Assembly: GCF_009914755.1 (NCBI RefSeq)
Contig: NC_060939.1
Length of the DNA: 64,000 nucleotides
From: the human T2T-CHM13v2.0 reference genome, Homo sapiens
Reading direction: 5' to 3' (one strand)
Part shown: one piece after another, positions 56,901 to 64,000 of the stretch
How positions within the stretch are numbered: the first letter of the stretch is position 1
How the letters are laid out: each line of letters begins with the position of its first letter
Translations under genes and position numbers: made by a program
The notes under the pieces: model-generated
What the model was told of the DNA's origin: nothing
What the model saw: the letters and a program-made list of their open reading frames with translations, nothing else
Databases searched by the model: none

Positions 56901-59900
56901 TCCATTCCACTTGATTCCACTCCATTCCCTTCCACTGCATTCCATTCGATTCCATTCCATTGCATTGCATTCCATTCCATTGGACTGCATTCCATTCGAT
57001 TCCATTCCATTCGAATCAATTACATAGCAATCCATTACATTCGAGTCTATTCTATTCCGTTCCATTCGATTTCGTTCCAATCCATTCGATTCCATTCCAT
57101 TCGATTCCATTCCATACTATTGCATTCCATTCGATTACATTATATTCGAATAAGTTCCATTCAAGACCATTTCTTTTGAGTCCATTCTATTTGAGTCCAT
57201 TCCCTTTGATTCCATAACATTTGAGTCCATTCAATTCCATTCCTTTCGTTTCCATTCCATTTGATGCCATTCCATTCAATTCTGTTCTACTCGACTCCAA
57301 TACATTCAATTCCATTCCATCCGATTCCATTACATTCTTTTCATTTCTTATCCATTTCAAGCCATTCCACTCCATTCCATTCCACTCGTTTCCTTTCCAT
57401 TCGAGTCCATTCCTCTCCAGTCCATTCCGTTCAATCTATTCCATTCCAGTCCATTCCATTCGAGTCCGTTCCATTCCAGTCCATTCCATTCGAGTCAATT
57501 CCATCCCATTCGATGTCTTTCCATAACGATCCATTCCATTCTATTCCTTTCGATTCCATTCCATTCTATTTCATTCCATTCGATTCCCTTCCATTGGACT
57601 CCTTTCCATTCGAGTGCATTCCATTCCGTTACATTTCTTTCCGTTCTGTACGATTCCTACCGTTCGATTTCATTTTGTTCCAGTCCATTCCTTTCGCGTC
57701 CATTCCATTCCATTTCACTCCATTCGATTCCATTCCATTTCACTCCATTCGATTCCATTCCACTCGATTCCACTTCGTTCCATTTCATTGCATTCCATTC
57801 TATTCAACTCTATTGCCTTCCATTCCATTCCATTCGATTACATTCCATGCGATTCCATTCGAAATCGAATCAATTACATTGCAATCCATAACTATTGAGT
57901 CCGTTTTATTCCAGTCCACTGCATTCTGGTCCATTCCATTTGATTCCATTCCATTCTATTCCATTCCATACAGTTGCATTCCATTGGATTCCATGCTATA
58001 TCTATAAATTCAATTCGAGACCATTGCTTTTGAGTCCATTCTATATGATTCCATTCCATTCAAGTCCATTACATTTGGTTCAATTCCATTCCATTCCATT
58101 CCCTTCCATTCCATTCCATTTGATATCAATCCATTCGATTCCATTCCATTCGAGCACATTCCATTCGAGTCCATTCCATTCGATGCCATTCCATTTGATT
58201 CTATTCCATTAGTCTCCATTCTATTCCATTAATCTCCATTCCATTCCATTCTACTCCAACTGATTCCATTCCATTCTATTCCTTTCCATTCCATTTCATT
58301 CCATTCCATTCCATTTCATTCCATTCCATTCCATTCGTGTCCATTCCACTCCAGTCCATTCCATTCGTGTCCATTCCATTCCAGTCCATTCCATTTGTGT
58401 CCACTGCATTCCATTCCACTCCATTCCATATTATTCCATTACACTCCATTCCATTCTATTACTTTCATTTCCATTCAATTCCATTCCATTTGATTCCATT
58501 CCACTCGGTTTCATTCCATTTGAGTCCACTCCATTCCATTCCATTCCATTCCATTCAGTTCCATTCCATTCTGTTCCATTCCATTCCGTTCCATTCCATT
58601 CCATTCCATTCGGTACCATTCCATATTGTTCCATTCGATTCCATTCGAATCCATTCCATTCCAGTCCATTCCATTCGATTCCATTCCATTCATTTCAATT
58701 CCATTCCATTCCATTCCATTCCATTCCACTTGATTCCTCTCCATTCCCTTCCACTGCATTCCGTTCGATTCCATTCCATTGCATTGCATTCCATTCCATT
58801 GGATTGCATTCCATTCGATTCCATTCCATTCGAATCAATTACATAGCAATCCATTGCATTCGAGTCTATTCTATTCCGTTCCATTCGATTTCGTTCCAAT
58901 CCATTCGATTCCATTCCATTCGATTCCATTCCATACTATTGCATTCCATTCGATTACATTATATTCGAATAAGTTCCATTCAAGACCATTTCTTTTGAGT
59001 CCATTCTATTTGAGTCCATTCCCTTTGATTCCATAACATTTGAGTCCATTCAATTCCATTCCTTTCGTTTCCATTCCATTTGATGCCATTCCATTCAATT
59101 CTGTTCTACTCGACTCCAATACATTCAATTCCATTCCATCCGATTCCATTACATTCTTTTCATTTCTTATCCATTTCAAGCCATTCCTCTCCATTCCATT
59201 CCACTCGTTTCCTTTCCATTCGAGTCCATTCCTCTCCAGTCCATTCCGTTCAATCCATTCCATTCCAGTCCATTCCATTCGAGTCCGTTCCATTCCAGTC
59301 CATTCCATTCGAGTCAATTCCATTCCATTCGATGTCTTTCCATAACGATCCATTCCATTCTATTCCTTTCGATTCCATTCCATTCTATTTCATTCCATTC
59401 GATTCCCTTCCATTGGACTCCTTTCCATTCGAGTGCATTCCATTCCTTTCCATTTCTTTCCGTTCTGTACGATTCCTACCGTTCGATTTCATTTTGTTCC
59501 AGTCCATTCCTTTCGCGTCCATTCCATTCCATTTCACTCCATTCGATTCCATTCCACTCGATTCCACTTCGTTCCATTTCATTGCATTCCATTCTATTCA
59601 ACTCTATTGCCTTCCATTCCATTCCATTCGATTACATTCCATGAGATTCCATTCGAAATCGAATCAATTACATTGCAATCCATTACTATTGAGTCCGTTT
59701 TATTCCAGTCCACTGCATTCTGGTCCATTCCATTTGATTCCATTCCATTCTATTCCATTCCATACAGTTGCATTCCATTGGATTCCATGCTATATCTATA
59801 AATTCAATTCGAGACCATTGCTTTTGAGTCCATTCTATATGATTCCATTCCATTCAAGTCCATTACATTTGGTTCAATTCCATTCCATTCCATTCCCTTC

Positions 59901-62336
59901 CATTCCATTCCAGTTGATATCAATCCATTCGATTCCATTCCATTCGAGCACATTCCATTCGAGTCCATTCCATTCGATGCCATTCCATTTGATTCTATTC
60001 CATTAGTCTCCATTCAATTCCATTAATCTCCATTCCATTCCATTCTACTCCAACTGATTCCATTTCATTATATTCCTTTCCATTCCATTTCATTCCATTC
60101 CATTCCATTTCATTCCATTCCATTCCATTCGTGTCCATTCCACTCCAGTCCATTCCATTCGTGTCCATTCCATTCCAGTCCATTCCATTTGTGTCCCCTG
60201 CATTCCATTAAACTCCATTCCATATTATTCCATTACACTCCATTCAATTCTATTACTTTCATTTCCATTCAATTCCATTCCATTTGATTCCATTCCACTC
60301 GGTTTCATTCCATTTGAGTCCACTCCATTCCATTCCATTCCATTCCATTCCATTCAGTTCCATTCCATTCTATTCCATTCCATTCCGTTCCATTACATTC
60401 CATTCCATTCGGTACCATTCCATATTGTTCCATTCGATTCCATTCGAATCCATTCCATTCCAGTCCATTCCATTCGATTCCATTCCATTCATTTGAATTC
60501 CATTCCATTCCATTCCATTACATTCCACTTGATTCCTCTCCATTCCCTTCCACTGCATTCCGTTCGATTCCATTCCATTGCATTGCATTCCATTCCATTG
60601 GATTGCATTCCATTCGATTCCATTCCATTCGAATCAATTACATAGCAATCCATTACATTCGAGTCTATTCTATTCCGTTCCATTCGATTTCGTTCCAATC
60701 CATTCGATTCCATTCCATTCGATTCCATTCCATACTATTGCATTCCATTCTATTACATTATATTCGAATAAGTTCCATTCAAGACCATTTCTTTTGAGTC
60801 CATTCTATTTGAGTCCATTCCCTTTGATTCCATAACATTTGAGTCCATTCAATTCCATTCCTTTCGTTTCCATTCCATTTGATGCCATTCCATTCAATTC
60901 TGTTCTACTCGACTCCAATACATTCAATTCCATTCCATCCGATTCCATTACATTCTTTTCATTTCTTATCCATTTCAAGCCATTCCACTCCATTCCATTC
61001 CACTCGTTTCCTTTCCATTCGAGTCCATTCCTCTCCAGTCCATTCCGTTCAATCCATTCCATTCCAGTCCATTCCATTCGTGTCCGTTCCATTCCAGTCC
61101 ATTCCATTCGAGTCAATTCCATTCCATTCGATGTCTTTCCATAACGATCCATTCCATTCTATTCCTTTCGATTCCATTCCATTCTATTTCATTCCATTCG
61201 ATTCCCTTCCATTGGACTCCTTTCCATTCGAGTGCATTCCATTCCGTTCCATTTCTTTCCGTTCTGTACGATTCCTACCGTTCGATTTCATTTTGTTCCA
61301 GTCCATTCCTTTCGCGTCCATTCCATTCCATTTCACTCCATTCGATTCCATTCCACTCGATTCCACTTCGTTCCATTTCATTGCATTCCATTCTATTCAA
61401 CTCTATTGCCTTCCATTCCATTCCATTCGATTACATTCCATGCGATTCCATTCGAAATCGAATCAATTACATTACAATCCATTACTATTGTGTCCGTTTT
61501 ATTCCAATCCACTGCATTCTGGTCCATTCCATTTGATTCCCTTCCATTTTATTCCATTCCATACAGTTGCATTCCATTGGATTCCATGCTATATCTATAA
61601 ATTCAATTCGAGACCATTGCTTTTGATTCCATTCTATATGTTTCCATTCCATTCAAGTCCATTACATTTGGTCCAATTCCATTCCATTCCATTCCCTTCC
61701 ATTCCATTCCAGTTGATATCAATCCATTCGATTCCATTCCATTCGAGCACATTCCATTCGAGTCCATTCCATTCGATGCCATTCCATTTGATTCTATTCC
61801 ATTAGTCTCCATTCAATTCCATTAATCTCCATTCCATTCCATTCTACTCCAACTGATTCCATTCCATTCTATTCCTTTCCATTCCATTTCATTCCATTCC
61901 ATTCCATTCGCTTCCATTCCATTCGTGTCCATTCCACTCCAGTCGATTCCATTTGTGTCCACTGCATTCCATTCCACTCCATTCCATATTATTCCATTAC
62001 ACTCCATTCCATTCTATTACTTTCATTTCCATTCAATTCCATTCCATTTGATTCCATTCCACTCGGTTTCATTCCATTTGAGTCCACTCCATTCCATTCC
62101 ATTCCATTCCATTCCATTCAGTTCCATTCCATTCTGTTCCATTCCATTCCGTTCCATTGCATTCCATTCCATTCGGTACCATTCCATATTGTTCCATTCG
62201 ATTCCATTCGAATCCATTCCATTCCAGTCCATTCCATTCGATTCCATTCCATTCCTTTCAATTCCATTCCATTCCATTCCATTCCACTTGATTCCACTCC
62301 ATTCCCTTCCACTGCATTCCATTCGATTCCATTCCA

Positions 62337-64000
62337 TTGCATTGCATTCCATTCCATTGGACTGCATTCCATTCGATTCCATTCCATTCGAATCAATTAC
62401 ATAGCAATCCATTACATTCGAGTCTATTCTATTCCGTTCCATTCGATTTCGTTCCAATCCATTCGATTCCATTCCATTCGATTCCATTCCATACTATTGC
62501 ATTCCATTCGATTACATTATATTCGAATAAGTTCCATTCAAGACCATTTCTTTTGAGTCCATTCTATTTGAGTCCATTCCCTTTGATTCCATAACATTTG
62601 AGTCCATTCAATTCCATTCCTTTCGTTTCCATTCCATTTGATGCCATTCCATTCAATTCTGTTCTACTCGACTCCAATACATTCAATTCCATTCCATCCG
62701 ATTCCATTACATTCTTTTCATTTCTTATCCATTTCAAGCCATTCCACTCCATTCCATTCCACTCGTTTCCTTTCCATTCGAGTCCATTCCTCTCCAGTCC
62801 ATTCCGTTCAATCTATTCCATTCCAGTCCATTCCATTCGAGTCCGTTCCATTCCAGTCCATTCCATTCGAGTCAATTCCATCCCATTCGATGTCTTTCCA
62901 TAACGATCCATTCCATTCTATTCCTTTCGATTCCATTCCATTCTATTTCATTCCATTCGATTCCCTTCCATTGGACTCCTTTCCATTCGAGTGCATTCCA
63001 TTCCGTTACATTTCTTTCCGTTCTGTACGATTCCTACCGTTCGATTTCATTTTGTTCCAGTCCATTCCTTTCGCGTCCATTCCATTCCATTTCACTCCAT
63101 TCGATTCCATTCCATTTCACTCCATTCGATTCCATTCCACTCGATTCCACTTCGTTCCATTTCATTGCATTCCATTCTATTCAACTCTATTGCCTTCCAT
63201 TCCATTCCATTCGATTACATTCCATGCGATTCCATTCGAAATCGAATCAATTACATTGCAATCCATAACTATTGAGTCCGTTTTATTCCAGTCCACTGCA
63301 TTCTGGTCCATTCCATTTGATTCCATTCCATTCTATTCCATTCCATACAGTTGCATTCCATTGGATTCCATGCTATATCTATAAATTCAATTCGAGACCA
63401 TTGCTTTTGAGTCCATTCTATATGATTCCATTCCATTCAAGTCCATTACATTTGGTTCAATTCCATTCCATTCCATTCCCTTCCATTCCATTCCATTTGA
63501 TATCAATCCATTCGATTCCATTCCATTCGAGCACATTCCATTCGAGTCCATTCCATTCGATGCCATTCCATTTGATTCTATTCCATTAGTCTCCATTCTA
63601 TTCCATTAATCTCCATTCCATTCCATTCTACTCCAACTGATTCCATTCCATTCTATTCCTTTCCATTCCATTTCATTCCATTCCATTCCATTTCATTCCA
63701 TTCCATTCCATTCGTGTCCATTCCACTCCAGTCCATTCCATTCGTGTCCATTCCATTCCAGTCCATTCCATTTGTGTCCACTGCATTCCATTCCACTCCA
63801 TTCCATATTATTCCATTACACTCCATTCCATTCTATTACTTTCATTTCCATTCAATTCCATTCCATTTGATTCCATTCCACTCGGTTTCATTCCATTTGA
63901 GTCCACTCCATTCCATTCCATTCCATTCCATTCAGTTCCATTCCATTCTGTTCCATTCCATTCCGTTCCATTCCATTCCATTCCATTCGGTACCATTCCA
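62337..64000 (+). repeat. Partial final unit; array continues beyond the window
   Basis: The sequence ends just after the KpnI site. Its markers match unit 56960. Confidence 0.9.

Larger units (their letters stand above)
1..64000 (+). repeat. Human Satellite III (HSat3) array, diverged (CATTC)n/(GGAAT)n, single orientation; probably D15Z1/HSat3A5 (chr15p)
   Basis: CATTC pentamers and variants (GATTC, CAGTC, CACTC, CATTG) occur in every line, with the C/T-rich strand on + throughout. The HSat2 motif CATTCGATGATG is not seen. A ~1.8 kb period with one KpnI GGTACC per unit (e.g. 1675-1680) matches the known 1.8 kb KpnI repeat D15Z1. The HSat3 call is near certain; the chromosome call is less so (~0.75). 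Confidence 0.97.

Noticed and set aside
260-63996. Minus-strand MEWNG-repeat ORFs and all other listed ORFs
   Set aside because: They are direct translations of (GGAAT)n or (CATTC)n that overlap in several frames. This is a well-known source of spurious hypothetical proteins.
1-64000. CRISPR-like array, inversion, or embedded transposon or unique sequence
   Set aside because: There are no unique spacers, no switch to GGAAT on the + strand and no stretch departing from the satellite unit that I could see.

Overview
All 64 kb is one uninterrupted, single-orientation array of human-type classical Satellite III (HSat3): diverged (CATTC)n pentamers on the + strand, (GGAAT)n on the - strand. The pentamers form a ~1.8 kb higher-order unit (35 complete units plus partial ends; 1749-1824 bp, plus one 1390 bp deleted unit). 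The units I read carry a single KpnI site, which fits the D15Z1 (HSat3A5) array of chromosome 15p; this assignment is from recall, not a search. I see no genes, RNA genes, transposons, unique inserts or inversions. The ORF track is an artefact of translating a stop-poor pentamer. I found no new gene system. The real structure is evolutionary: an ancient ~0.83 kb internal duplication in the unit, a near-strict length rule (4 mod 5), length variation concentrated in one third of the unit, recent dimer and trimer duplications, long-range block copies 21-30 kb apart, recombinant units, one complex deletion junction and a CpG-decay signature. All alignments were done by eye and need computational confirmation.
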